A stretch of 36,317 bases of DNA from Phycisphaerae bacterium (GCA_012514125.1 JAAZAW010000288.1:1-36317), one strand, 5' to 3'. Positions 8,580 through 16,877 are shown, counted from the stretch's first letter. Program-made: numbers and translations. The notes: generated by a model not told the origin, from the sequence alone.

Positions 8580-10634
8580 CTATTTCAACATAACCTGACC
8601 ACCGGTGACGGGAATCGCCTGGCCGGTTTCATATTTCTGTTCCATCAAATAATAAATCGCCTTCATCACATCCGGCGTCGTGCATCCACGTTTCATTGGA
8701 ACTTTCGCCTCATACGCCTTTTTCACGTCTTCCACCGTCTGGGCTCCAGGCACTTTGTTCGTCCGAAGATACTGCATAAAAAGTCCGTTCTTCGGATCAG
8801 ACCACAACGGCCCGTCAAAAAAATTCCCCGGACAAATCGAGTTGACCTTGATGCCGTCCTCCACCAATTCCATCGCGAACGATTGCGTCAATCCGATCCC
8901 GCCGAACTTGCTGCCCGCATACGCACCGTTCCGGTTCGACCCCTGCAGCCCCGATTTCGAGTTGATCTGAATGATGTCGCTCCAATAGTCAGGCTTTGCC
9001 TGGTGCTGAATCGCCAACGTCCGTGACGCTTTTTGCACGCACAGGAAATACCCCTTGTAATTCACATTCGTTACAAAGTCAAAATCTTTTTCAGACTGCG
9101 TCTTGACGCTCTCCGCCTTGAGCACGCCCGCGTTCGACACAAAAACGTCGAACCCCCCAAAGGTCCGATTCACCTGATATATCGCATTGTCAATCGACAG
9201 CGCGTCGGTCACATTAATCGGCAGCCCCAGCGCCCTGCCCGGCGTCTTGCTGTTGATCTCCCGAGCCGCTTTTTCCGCGCCGATCAGATTCATGTCCGCC
9301 AGCACCACATGCGCCCCCTGCGCCGCCAAATCCTGCGCAATCTCAAGTCCAAACCCCTGCGCCGCGCCGGTCACAATGGCAATCTTGCCCGCCGCACGTC
9401 CCAAATGCCCACTGCCCGCCGCCACCTTGCGACGATAAGACTCGACCTCCCAGTTCTCAATAAATTCCCGCTCGCGTTTCCCCATGAAATTAATTCCACC
9501 AAGCCGCTTCGCGCCGGACATCACCTTCACCGCATCGGTATAAACCAATCGAACCGTGTGCGCCGACATAAAATCGTCGCCCGCCGCAAACATTCCAAGG
9601 TCCTTCACCAACACAACATACGGCATCTGCCCCGTCATCTTCCGGTGCTCCGAAACCGCCTCTCTAAGCCGTTCCACAAGCTGCTCCGGCGTCTCGCCTT
9701 CCTGCGTCTCAAACCACATCGCAAACGATTTGCAATAAACAATCTGGTCCGGCGTCAACGGGCCGCCCGCCGCCACCGCTTTGCCTTCGGTTCCGCCAAC
9801 CAGATTGATGATCGTCTTCGAATCGTCAAAGGTAACCACCTTGAGCGCATCTTCAACCGCCAGCAATCCTCGAAGCGCAGGCCCGATCGTATGAACCAGC
9901 ACCTTCGTTTCCTGCTCGTCTTTTTGCGACCACTCGCCGAAAACAAACTCCGACGGTGTGCTCTCAAGTTTCGTGCGAATCGTGCCGATCACCGCGTCCG
10001 TCGCCTTGAAAATGTCCTCCGGCGTATCTCCGCAAATAATCAACCCATGATTCTGCATAAACACCGCGCCCGGACAATCCCGCCCCGTCTTCTGCTGATA
10101 TTCCCGAAACGCGTCATAAAGCGTCTTCGCCAGCAGATACCCCGGATCGACATACGGAATCCACAAAACCTTGTCATCGAAAAGTTCCGTCGTCAATGCC
10201 TTTCCATACTTACAGCAGGTAATCATATTCACCAGCGTCGAATGCGAATGAATCACGAATTGCCGCGGCAGCAGATGATGCAGCACCGCCTCCACCGAAG
10301 GCCTTTGTCCTTTTTCCGGATAAACCCGCGCGTTCATGATCACCTGTTTGAAGTGTGCCTCACGCTGATTGATATCCAGCGGCACTTCACCCTGAATCAG
10401 TGTTTCGAGAGGCTTGCGTTCCATCGCCACAAATCCTTCCGCACTGATCGTCGCCAGCGAGGTCCCGCTCCCTTTAACAAAAAGTCGATCCCCGATTTTC
10501 ACCGACGTATTCCCACCGCCTGCGATAACAAATTCCGGGTCCGATCCAAAATATCGTGAAAGTTTCACCAACTGATCCATCGCGCTATCCGACGAATCAA
10601 ATCCAGGCCGTTGCACCGCAGCAGACGTCATCAC
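8580..10634 (-). CDS. Bifunctional class II aldolase/adducin-domain plus short-chain dehydrogenase fusion (YuxG/RhaEW-like)
   Basis: 684 aa. The N-terminal half has aldolase_II character (GGGNTSVK, HSHS). The C-terminal SDR has IAIVTGAAQGFG and a YAGSK catalytic motif. AAGGAG RBS upstream; the start is GTG at 10634 or ATG at 10631. Confidence 0.8.
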   Translation of the reverse strand: MMTSAAVQRPGFDSSDSAMDQLVKLSRYFGSDPEFVIAGGGNTSVKIGDRLFVKGSGTSLATISAEGFVAMERKPLETLIQGEVPLDINQREAHFKQVIMNARVYPEKGQRPSVEAVLHHLLPRQFVIHSHSTLVNMITCCKYGKALTTELFDDKVLWIPYVDPGYLLAKTLYDAFREYQQKTGRDCPGAVFMQNHGLIICGDTPEDIFKATDAVIGTIRTKLESTPSEFVFGEWSQKDEQETKVLVHTIGPALRGLLAVEDALKVVTFDDSKTIINLVGGTEGKAVAAGGPLTPDQIVYCKSFAMWFETQEGETPEQLVERLREAVSEHRKMTGQMPYVVLVKDLGMFAAGDDFMSAHTVRLVYTDAVKVMSGAKRLGGINFMGKREREFIENWEVESYRRKVAAGSGHLGRAAGKIAIVTGAAQGFGLEIAQDLAAQGAHVVLADMNLIGAEKAAREINSKTPGRALGLPINVTDALSIDNAIYQVNRTFGGFDVFVSNAGVLKAESVKTQSEKDFDFVTNVNYKGYFLCVQKASRTLAIQHQAKPDYWSDIIQINSKSGLQGSNRNGAYAGSKFGGIGLTQSFAMELVEDGIKVNSICPGNFFDGPLWSDPKNGLFMQYLRTNKVPGAQTVEDVKKAYEAKVPMKRGCTTPDVMKAIYYLMEQKYETGQAIPVTGGQVMLK

Positions 10635-10701
10635 ATCAAACTCCTTCCTGTCTTATCTATTTTATGTTCATATATTTTTCTTATTTTTTACAGCGTGCGC
10701 C

Positions 10702-11991
10702 TCACGCACCATCTTCTCTCCCATACATCCCAATCACCGCAGCCCCAAGCGCCTTAAACGCCGAAATTCGTTCCTCCGCCGTCGTATATTTTCCATTAGG
10801 CTCACCGCTCGCATCCACAAACCCCACCTCGCCGTGCAACGTCAAAAACTGATGCGCCGCCATCACACACGCGCCCTCCCTGAAAATCTCTTTAATCTCT
10901 TCCGGCACCGCCGCTCCTTTCACACACGCCGGTTCAATCGGAATCAAATCCAGCGAATTATGTTCCGTCCCGCCCAGCACCACCAGCCCAGCCTCGCGAA
11001 TCGCCTTGACATATCGACTCAACACCTCAGGCGTATTTCGCCCCGGAATAAATTCCAAGCAATAAATGTTCCGCGATTTCACATTTTCGATAAGCTTCTC
11101 GACAGGTTCTTCAAATCCGCACATCGGCAAAACTCCGTCCGCCAGCGTCGGATAGCACGGCACACCCCCAAGCTCCAGAATCAACCGATACGCCTGATCA
11201 AAATCAACAAACATCTCCTGCACAAATCCACGCTTGCCCGCCTTCATCAAATTCGACCGGATTTCGTTCTGCACCTTCACCGCGTTTTGCGCATCGCACT
11301 TGCACTCACCCCCGAAAATCTCACCAAGCTTCGCCGCCCGCTGTTCCATCGGCACAAGCCTGAAAAACGCCTCCTGAAACGCCTGCGCAACGTGCCGTTC
11401 CTGAATATACACAATATTCTTCGAACACTTGTGACGACGAACGATCATCTCTTTGACCGCATCTTCATCTAGCCCCGTATCCACGCCCGCCGATTTGAAA
11501 ATCTCCGCCAACAGACCGATCATCTTCGCCATTCGCTGTGAATCGTTCGTGCGGATCGTCGTCATGATCGATTTCGCTTGTTCGGACATTTCCCCGAACT
11601 TCGTAATTCCTTTCCCGCAAATATACATCTTCCCCGGATTCCCCGGGTCGTTGATTTTCACACCCGCTTTCACCAACTCGTCGATCAACGCGATAATCTC
11701 AAGTCCGAAAAGCGGAAAAATCCCATGTCGTTTCGCCAACGAAACAAATTCACCGTAAACATCGAAATCGTAATAATTGCTCACGCCCACCACGCCGACT
11801 TTTTGTTCCGATGCCAACGCCACCGCCTGAGCCACCGTCTCAAATGCTGAAAAATTAGGCGGCAAATGGATATGCGAATTCACCCGCGGACAAATCGCCT
11901 CCCCGCCTCCCTCTTTCGCCGACAACGCCAATTCCCGAACCGTCCCAAGCCCCTTCAACCCATCAAGTGCGTCCTGAATCAATGTCGCCAT
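10702..11991 (-). CDS. Metal-dependent hydrolase-like protein (PHP/amidohydrolase-type HxH N-terminus), function unknown
   Basis: 429 aa. VNSHIHLPPNFSAF near the N-terminus and GGTEHNS near the C-terminus resemble PHP-type metal ligands, with a long helical insert between them. It is the first gene after the repeat-filled spacer downstream of lpd. Confidence 0.5.
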   Translation of the reverse strand: MATLIQDALDGLKGLGTVRELALSAKEGGGEAICPRVNSHIHLPPNFSAFETVAQAVALASEQKVGVVGVSNYYDFDVYGEFVSLAKRHGIFPLFGLEIIALIDELVKAGVKINDPGNPGKMYICGKGITKFGEMSEQAKSIMTTIRTNDSQRMAKMIGLLAEIFKSAGVDTGLDEDAVKEMIVRRHKCSKNIVYIQERHVAQAFQEAFFRLVPMEQRAAKLGEIFGGECKCDAQNAVKVQNEIRSNLMKAGKRGFVQEMFVDFDQAYRLILELGGVPCYPTLADGVLPMCGFEEPVEKLIENVKSRNIYCLEFIPGRNTPEVLSRYVKAIREAGLVVLGGTEHNSLDLIPIEPACVKGAAVPEEIKEIFREGACVMAAHQFLTLHGEVGFVDASGEPNGKYTTAEERISAFKALGAAVIGMYGREDGA

Positions 11992-12026
11992 TCAATACCT
12001 CAATTTTCTATTTTTCTTTACACCAA

Positions 12027-12052
12027 TCATTCCCGCAAAAGCAGGAATCCAG
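12027..12052. repeat. Short stem-loop repeat TCATTCCCGCAAAAGCAGGAATCCAG (partial member of the GTCATTCCCGCGAAGGC family)
   Basis: Imperfect 8-bp stem ATTCCCGC/GCAGGAAT read directly. Related to the copies at 12094 and 13826. Confidence 0.6.
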
Positions 12053-12093
12053 TTTGATAATTTCAGTTTCGAGTCATCCTCTTTCTGTCATTT

Positions 12094-12163
12094 CCTCTCT
12101 TCTCTTGTCATTCCCGCGAAGGCGAGAATCCAGAACCGGCTCAAGCCGTTAAACAATCCTCTT
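12094..12163. repeat. Intergenic repeat, copy 1: ...TTCTCTTGTCATTCCCGCGAAGGCGAGAATCCAGAACCGGCTCAAGCCGTTAAACAATCCTCTT
   Basis: About 64 nt matching 13826-13892 with 5 mismatches by eye. Contains two small hairpins (ATTCCCGC..GCGAGAAT and CCGGC-TCAA-GCCG). Confidence 0.8.
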
Positions 12164-12171
12164 TTCTTCTC

Positions 12172-12227
12172 TTCCAACTTCCAACTTCCAACTTCCAACT
12201 TCCAACTTCCAACTTCTAACTTCTAAC
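12172..12227. repeat. Heptamer tandem array (TTCCAAC)x6 (TTCTAAC)x2; GTTGGAA/GTTAGAA on the transcribed minus strand
   Basis: Counted directly, 8 contiguous 7-nt units. The last unit contains the TAG stop of lpd (12223-12225). Confidence 0.95.
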
Positions 12228-13641
12228 TCCCCACAACTATCTTCATCACCTTTCTGGGCGGCTGATGCAAACACATCCCAAACACATCCTCCGCCGATTC
12301 CTTGATCCCTTCACTCATCGTCGGATGCGCAAAAACCACTTCCGCCAATTCCGTCGCGCTCGCCTTCTGGTGCAGCATCGCTCCTGCCGCCGCGATACAC
12401 TCCGTAGCGTTATGCCCCATCATGTGCACACCCAGCAATTCATCCGTCTCCCGATTTCGAATCACCTTCACAAACCCTTCCGTATCGCCCGCTGCCATCG
12501 CCTTGCCCAGAAATGACAACGGAAAATGGCCGATCGACACCGGAATGTTCTTCGCCTTGCATTCTTCCACCGACAATCCCACCGATCCGATCTCCGGGAA
12601 CGTATAAACACATCCCGGAATCGGCGAGGTAAATGCCTTCGAATGCCCCAGCGCGTTTTCAACCGCAGCGATCCCCTGCGCCGATGCCGCATGCGCCAGC
12701 AAACATCTCCCATTCGCGTCCCCGATACAATAATAACCCTTCACTGCCGTTTCCATATGATCGTTCACGCGAATAAATCCGCGATCCGTCGCCAGACCAA
12801 CGGTCTCAAGCCCGATCTCCGCCGTATTAGGCCGCCGTCCCGTCGCCACCAGTGCCTTATCCGCTTCGATCACTTCGCCATTACTAAGCTTCGCCCGAAC
12901 GCCCGTCGCCGTCGTCGTCAATTCCTCAATCTTCACATTCACATAACTCTTGATCCCGCGTTTCGCGAAACTCTTTTCCAGCGTATCCCCAAGCTGCTTG
13001 TCCATATTCGGCAGCAGGTAAGGCAGCATCTCCACAATCGTCACTTTTACCCCGAAAGGCTCCATCATGCACGCGAACTCGCACCCGATCACTCCGCCCC
13101 CGACAATCAGCAAACTCTTGGGCAGCGTCTTCCAGTGCAGCGACTCATCGCTCGTGCAAACCTTCTCCACATCCGTAGGCCACCCCGGAATCCTCGCCGG
13201 AATCGACCCAACCGCCAGAATAATCTTGTCTGCGGTGAATTCTTCCGACTCACCGTTCTCTTTTTTGACAACAACTTTCCCCACACCATTCAAGCTCGCC
13301 TTGCCTTGAAACAGCGTCGCCTTCCGTGCCCCAAGCAACCCCTTAATCCCCGTGCGCAGTGTACTGACAACCTTATCCTTGCGAGCCTGAACCCTGCCCC
13401 AGTCAAAACCAACCACACCGTCGATATTGACCCCAAAATCGTCGGCATGTTTGAGATGATCCATCAATCCCGCCGACGCCAGAAGCGCCTTCGATGGAAT
13501 GCACCCATAATTCAAGCACGTCCCGCCCAGATAATGCTTTTCGACGATAGCGACCTTCGCTCCCATCGCCGCCGCCCTTAGTGCCGCAACGTACCCGCCA
13601 GGCCCCGCACCCAACACCGCAATATCAAAATTTTTACTCAT
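12223..13641 (-). CDS. lpd: Dihydrolipoyl (lipoamide) dehydrogenase, E3 component
   Basis: FAD motif VLGAGPGGY and redox disulfide GGTCLNYGCIPSK. The ATG at 13641 is preceded by an AGAGGA RBS. The 17-codon upstream extension in the ORF track is probably not translated. Confidence 0.9.
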   Translation of the reverse strand: MSKNFDIAVLGAGPGGYVAALRAAAMGAKVAIVEKHYLGGTCLNYGCIPSKALLASAGLMDHLKHADDFGVNIDGVVGFDWGRVQARKDKVVSTLRTGIKGLLGARKATLFQGKASLNGVGKVVVKKENGESEEFTADKIILAVGSIPARIPGWPTDVEKVCTSDESLHWKTLPKSLLIVGGGVIGCEFACMMEPFGVKVTIVEMLPYLLPNMDKQLGDTLEKSFAKRGIKSYVNVKIEELTTTATGVRAKLSNGEVIEADKALVATGRRPNTAEIGLETVGLATDRGFIRVNDHMETAVKGYYCIGDANGRCLLAHAASAQGIAAVENALGHSKAFTSPIPGCVYTFPEIGSVGLSVEECKAKNIPVSIGHFPLSFLGKAMAAGDTEGFVKVIRNRETDELLGVHMMGHNATECIAAAGAMLHQKASATELAEVVFAHPTMSEGIKESAEDVFGMCLHQPPRKVMKIVVGS

Positions 13642-13825
13642 AATTTTTTCCTCTTTCTCTGATAAGGTGAGCTTTACCCACCATCTTTTCATTTTCGATC
13701 TTCGTCGTTCTTCTCTATCCCGTCACCCAATAAAGCCCGAATCCTTTGAGACTATTAGGACTGCCTTTTCTGTGAACTCTATCGCTGATTTCCTGTCATC
13801 CCCTCTCTTTATATCTTTATTCCCT

Positions 13826-13892
13826 TTCTTCTCTTGTCATTCCCGCGAAGGCCCGAATCCAGAAACGGCTCAAGCCGTTGAATAATCCTCTT
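13826..13892. repeat. Intergenic repeat, copy 2 of the GTCATTCCCGCGAAGGC...GGCTCAAGCCGTT family
   Basis: TTCTCTTGTCATTCCCGCGAAGGCCCGAATCCAGAAACGGCTCAAGCCGTTGAATAATCCTCTT, to be compared with 12094-12163. Confidence 0.8.
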
Positions 13893-13894
13893 CT

Positions 13895-13937
13895 CCACCT
13901 TCACACTTTCACACTTTCTCACTTTTACACTTCTTCC
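13895..13937. repeat. Short-period (7-9 nt) array CCACCTTCACACTTTCACACTTTCTCACTTTTACACTTCTTCC
   Basis: Read directly. A related array in the opposite orientation occurs at 31536-31576. Confidence 0.6.
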
Positions 13938-13976
13938 TCGTCTTAGCGTCCAGGCAGTTCAATCTCTTTTCTTCTC

Positions 13977-14004
13977 TTCCAACTTCTAACTTCTAACTTC
14001 TAAC
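13977..14004. repeat. Heptamer array TTCCAAC (TTCTAAC)x3 overlapping the E2 stop codon
   Basis: Counted directly. The E2 TAG stop (14000-14002) lies inside the last unit. Confidence 0.9.
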
Positions 14005-15886
14005 TCTTTCCTTCTCCTATCCCATTCGGACTTTCCAGCATCTCTTTCAACCTGACCATAAACTTCGCTGCCAGCATCCCATCCACAATCCGATGATCCG
14101 CGCTCAGCGTCATTGTCATCACTCGTCCAGGCCGCATCGCACCGTTGCTCACGATCACCTGCTCGCGAATTGCTCCAACCGCTAGAATCGCCGCCTCAGG
14201 CGGATTGATAATCGCCGAAAATTCTTCCACGCCGAACATCCCCAGATTGGTAATCGTAAAGACTCCCTTGCCCATCCCCTCGATCTTCCCGCCGCGAGCC
14301 GCGTTCGCGATGCGTTTGGTCTCCGCGCTGATCTGTTCCAGATTCATCTGTTCCGCTCCAAGCAGCACCGGCACAACCAAACCCTCGTCCATACCCACCG
14401 CCACGCCGATATTCGAATTCGCGAACTCGACAATCGCGTCGTTATCCATTTGACTGCGGAACGCCGGAAATTCCTGTATCGCCTTCGCGCACGCCAGCAC
14501 CACCACATCGTTCACACTGCACGGATATTTCGCCTTTTCCGCTTTATAAAATCGATAAAGCGGATCGGCGTCGATCGTACTCTTGATATAAAAATGCGGA
14601 ATATTCTGCTTCGACGCCAGCAAATTCCTCGCAATCGCTTTTCGCATGTTCGACATCCGTTTGCGAACGCCTTCACCCGAAACAACAGGCATTGCCGCCG
14701 GTGCCGGTCGATACGCACCCGCAGCACCCGCCGCCGGAACATCCGTCGACAAAATTCGGCCGCCCGGACCGCTCCCCGTCGCCACCGTCGATAAATCCAC
14801 ACCCCGTTCCTTCGCGATCTTCCGCGCGGCAGGAGACGCCTTGACTCGCCCGCCCTCGCTGGCTGTCGGTTGGCTCACAGCCGCCTTCGCCGTTATTACC
14901 GGAGCCGTCTCTACAGGAACAGCCTTCGTCCCCGTCGCCGCGACCGTACTGCTCGCCAGATATCTCTCGACATCCACATCGTTTTCCGCAAGATACGCCA
15001 CAGGTTGCAACACCTCGATCGTCCCGCCTTCCGGCAGCACAATTTTCGAAAGTCGCCCCTCATCCACCGCTTCGACTTCAATCGTCGCTTTGTCGGTTTC
15101 AATCTCAAAAATGATATCGCCTTTTTTGATCCGATCCCCGGGCTTGACTCGCCAGCTGACAATCGTGCCTTCTTCCATCGACTGGCCTGCCTTGGGCATC
15201 AAAATCGGCGTAATACTTGTCGGCATTTCCACCGCCGCCGGTGCCGTCGAAGGAGCGGCAGGGGCCTGAGTCTCCGAAGTCGAGGCACCACCGGCACTTG
15301 TCGAACCCGACCCGCCCAGAAACGCATCGACATCGGCGTCGTTTTCCGCCAGATAAGCCACAGGCTGTAATACAGGAATCGTATCGCCTTCAGCCACAAT
15401 GATTTTAGCTAATCGTCCCTCATCCACCGCTTCGACTTCGACCGTCGCCTTGTCGGTTTCAATCTCAAAAATGATATCGCCTTTTGTAATCCGGTCCCCG
15501 GGCTTGACTCGCCAGGTGACAATCGTGCCTTCTTCCATCGACTGGCCCGCCTTGGGCATCAGCACCGGCACGACATTAGCCGCGTTGCCCCCCGCGCCGG
15601 TGGGGGGCGGTGCAGAAACTTCCTCTTTTTTCGATTCAGGAGTCATTATTTTTCCTGGATTGATTTCGCAAAGCGGTGTATCGGTTTCCACCGTCTTTCC
15701 GGTAGGGACTAAAATGGTCTCGAGGGTTCCGTCCAAACCAGATTCAAGGTCAATCAAGCCTTCATCACTTTCTATGCGAAGAAAAATTTCCTCTTTGGAA
15801 ATAACATCACCCGTTTTTTTCAACCAGGAAATAATTGTTGCCTTTGTTGCCGATTTTCCCGGTTTGGGCAGTTTGATTGTCGTCAT
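14000..15886 (-). CDS. Dihydrolipoamide acyltransferase (E2) with one degenerate and two canonical lipoyl domains, a PSBD and a catalytic domain
   Basis: Two EIETDKAT lipoyl motifs, a peripheral subunit-binding domain (ASPAARKIAKERGVDL), and the catalytic DHRIVDG. The ATG at 15886 has an AGGTGA RBS 7 nt upstream; an alternative GTG is at 15895. Confidence 0.9.
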   Translation of the reverse strand: MTTIKLPKPGKSATKATIISWLKKTGDVISKEEIFLRIESDEGLIDLESGLDGTLETILVPTGKTVETDTPLCEINPGKIMTPESKKEEVSAPPPTGAGGNAANVVPVLMPKAGQSMEEGTIVTWRVKPGDRITKGDIIFEIETDKATVEVEAVDEGRLAKIIVAEGDTIPVLQPVAYLAENDADVDAFLGGSGSTSAGGASTSETQAPAAPSTAPAAVEMPTSITPILMPKAGQSMEEGTIVSWRVKPGDRIKKGDIIFEIETDKATIEVEAVDEGRLSKIVLPEGGTIEVLQPVAYLAENDVDVERYLASSTVAATGTKAVPVETAPVITAKAAVSQPTASEGGRVKASPAARKIAKERGVDLSTVATGSGPGGRILSTDVPAAGAAGAYRPAPAAMPVVSGEGVRKRMSNMRKAIARNLLASKQNIPHFYIKSTIDADPLYRFYKAEKAKYPCSVNDVVVLACAKAIQEFPAFRSQMDNDAIVEFANSNIGVAVGMDEGLVVPVLLGAEQMNLEQISAETKRIANAARGGKIEGMGKGVFTITNLGMFGVEEFSAIINPPEAAILAVGAIREQVIVSNGAMRPGRVMTMTLSADHRIVDGMLAAKFMVRLKEMLESPNGIGEGKS

Positions 15887-15895
15887 GTCGTTCAC

Positions 15896-16082
15896 CTGTG
15901 TTTGTTAAATAAACAATATAGTAGTTAAATTTAGGTATTTCAAACTATTCCGATTATACTTCACGTCAGAATAAAAAAAAAGTGTGCAACAGTCAAGCAA
16001 AAATATACATTTTTATGTTGATATTTATGCTCATTTGTTGTTTATTATATGTACAGTGTTGATTGATCTGTGGAGGTTTAGC
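15896..16082. promoter_or_regulatory. AT-rich divergent control region between E2 and the DeoR regulator
   Basis: 187-bp AT-rich gap between divergent starts. It holds several TTGTT/AACAA and ACAT-N4-ATGT inverted motifs. No sigma-54 consensus is present, and I cannot assign a specific operator. Confidence 0.4.
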
Positions 16083-16847
16083 GTGAATACGCAAGAGCGT
16101 CGAGAATACATATTGTCGCAAGTCTATGCCAGCGGGCATGTTATGGTCAAAGACCTTTCCGCGTCCATGGCAGTGTCCGAAGCGACGGTTCGACGTGATT
16201 TGCGCGCTTTAGCGGACGAACGCGAGCTTGAACTCGTCTACGGCGGAGCGAACCTGGCGAGAAGCTCCGATTTCTCCTTCCGTTCCAAGGCGATGCGGAA
16301 CATTGAAGCCAAGCGAATCATCGGGCGTCTGGCGGCGGACCTCGTGCTTGATGGAGACCAGATTTTTATCGATTCAGGGACCACCTGTTTCGAGATGGCT
16401 CCTTTTATGAAACGGAAACGCGGCGTTTCGGTGATTGTTAGTTCGTCGCGTCTGGCGATTGAATTGGCTGATAATTCTAATTTAAGCATTATAACATTGG
16501 GTGGACAGTATCGTCTGGACCGGATGGACTCCGTCGGGCCTTTGGCGATGACGGTGCTGGACCAACTTCGCGGGTATATCGCCTTTATTGGTTCCGACGG
16601 CGTGAGTATGGATTTTGGGATTACCGCCAGCGATATCGAGAGCGCGCATTTGCACAAACTGGCGGTGCGGAACGCTCGCGAGACGATTTTGCTTGTAGAT
16701 CATACTAAGTTTTTCTCACCTTCACTTTATAAGATTGCGGAGTGGGATGTGGTGTCGCGATTGGTGACGGATCAGAAGCCCGGGCCTGAGTGGATGGAAT
16801 TTCTGGATTCGCGAGGGATCGAGGCGATTTATCCGGCGGAAAGTTAG
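16083..16847 (+). CDS. DeoR-family transcriptional regulator (N-terminal HTH plus sugar-phosphate-binding DeoR C-domain)
   Basis: EYILSQVYASGHVMVKDLSASMAVSEATVRRDLRAL is a typical DeoR HTH. GTG at 16083 with a GGAGG RBS 6 nt upstream gives a family-typical 254 aa. The upstream extension from 15984 is AT-rich and hydrophobic-looking. Confidence 0.85.
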   Translation: MNTQERREYILSQVYASGHVMVKDLSASMAVSEATVRRDLRALADERELELVYGGANLARSSDFSFRSKAMRNIEAKRIIGRLAADLVLDGDQIFIDSGTTCFEMAPFMKRKRGVSVIVSSSRLAIELADNSNLSIITLGGQYRLDRMDSVGPLAMTVLDQLRGYIAFIGSDGVSMDFGITASDIESAHLHKLAVRNARETILLVDHTKFFSPSLYKIAEWDVVSRLVTDQKPGPEWMEFLDSRGIEAIYPAES

Positions 16848-16877
16848 AAATTGGAAGTTTAGTGAGTTTGGTGATTT
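16843..16877 (+). repeat. Degenerate heptamer array GTTAGAA ATTGGAA GTTTAGT GAGTTTG GTGATTT starting in the DeoR stop codon
   Basis: Read directly. deoR ends ...GAA AGT TAG AA, the same AGT-TAG-AA junction seen at E2 and lpd. Confidence 0.5.

Noticed and set aside
9033-10559. 508-aa plus-strand ORF, the longest unassigned ORF in the track
   Set aside because: It lies entirely antisense to the well-supported aldolase-SDR gene. Its translation is low-complexity and Arg/His/Leu/Asn-rich with no motifs or RBS. It is a shadow ORF caused by codon bias of the true minus-strand gene.
12172-12227. Possible CRISPR array, suggested by the regular short repeats here and at 13977, 30503 and 36006
   Set aside because: The units are contiguous 7-mers with no unique spacers. 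They are far shorter than CRISPR repeats (about 24-40 nt), and no cas genes are present.
12526-13581. 351-aa plus-strand ORF opposite lpd, and similar long antisense ORFs at 7931-8548, 8553-9026, 10834-11472, 14870-15370, 17005-17865, 17929-19350, 31728-32894 and 34727-35830
   Set aside because: All mirror confidently identified genes on the other strand. All share the same R/H/Q/N/L-rich composition and lack start-site signals. I treated them as non-coding shadows.
15984-16082. Upstream extension of the DeoR ORF (287-aa version), and similar extensions of lpd (13642-13692) and the PP2C gene (34073-34165)
   Set aside because: The extensions run through AT-rich promoter DNA or overlap the preceding gene. 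Internal starts with strong RBSs give family-typical lengths.
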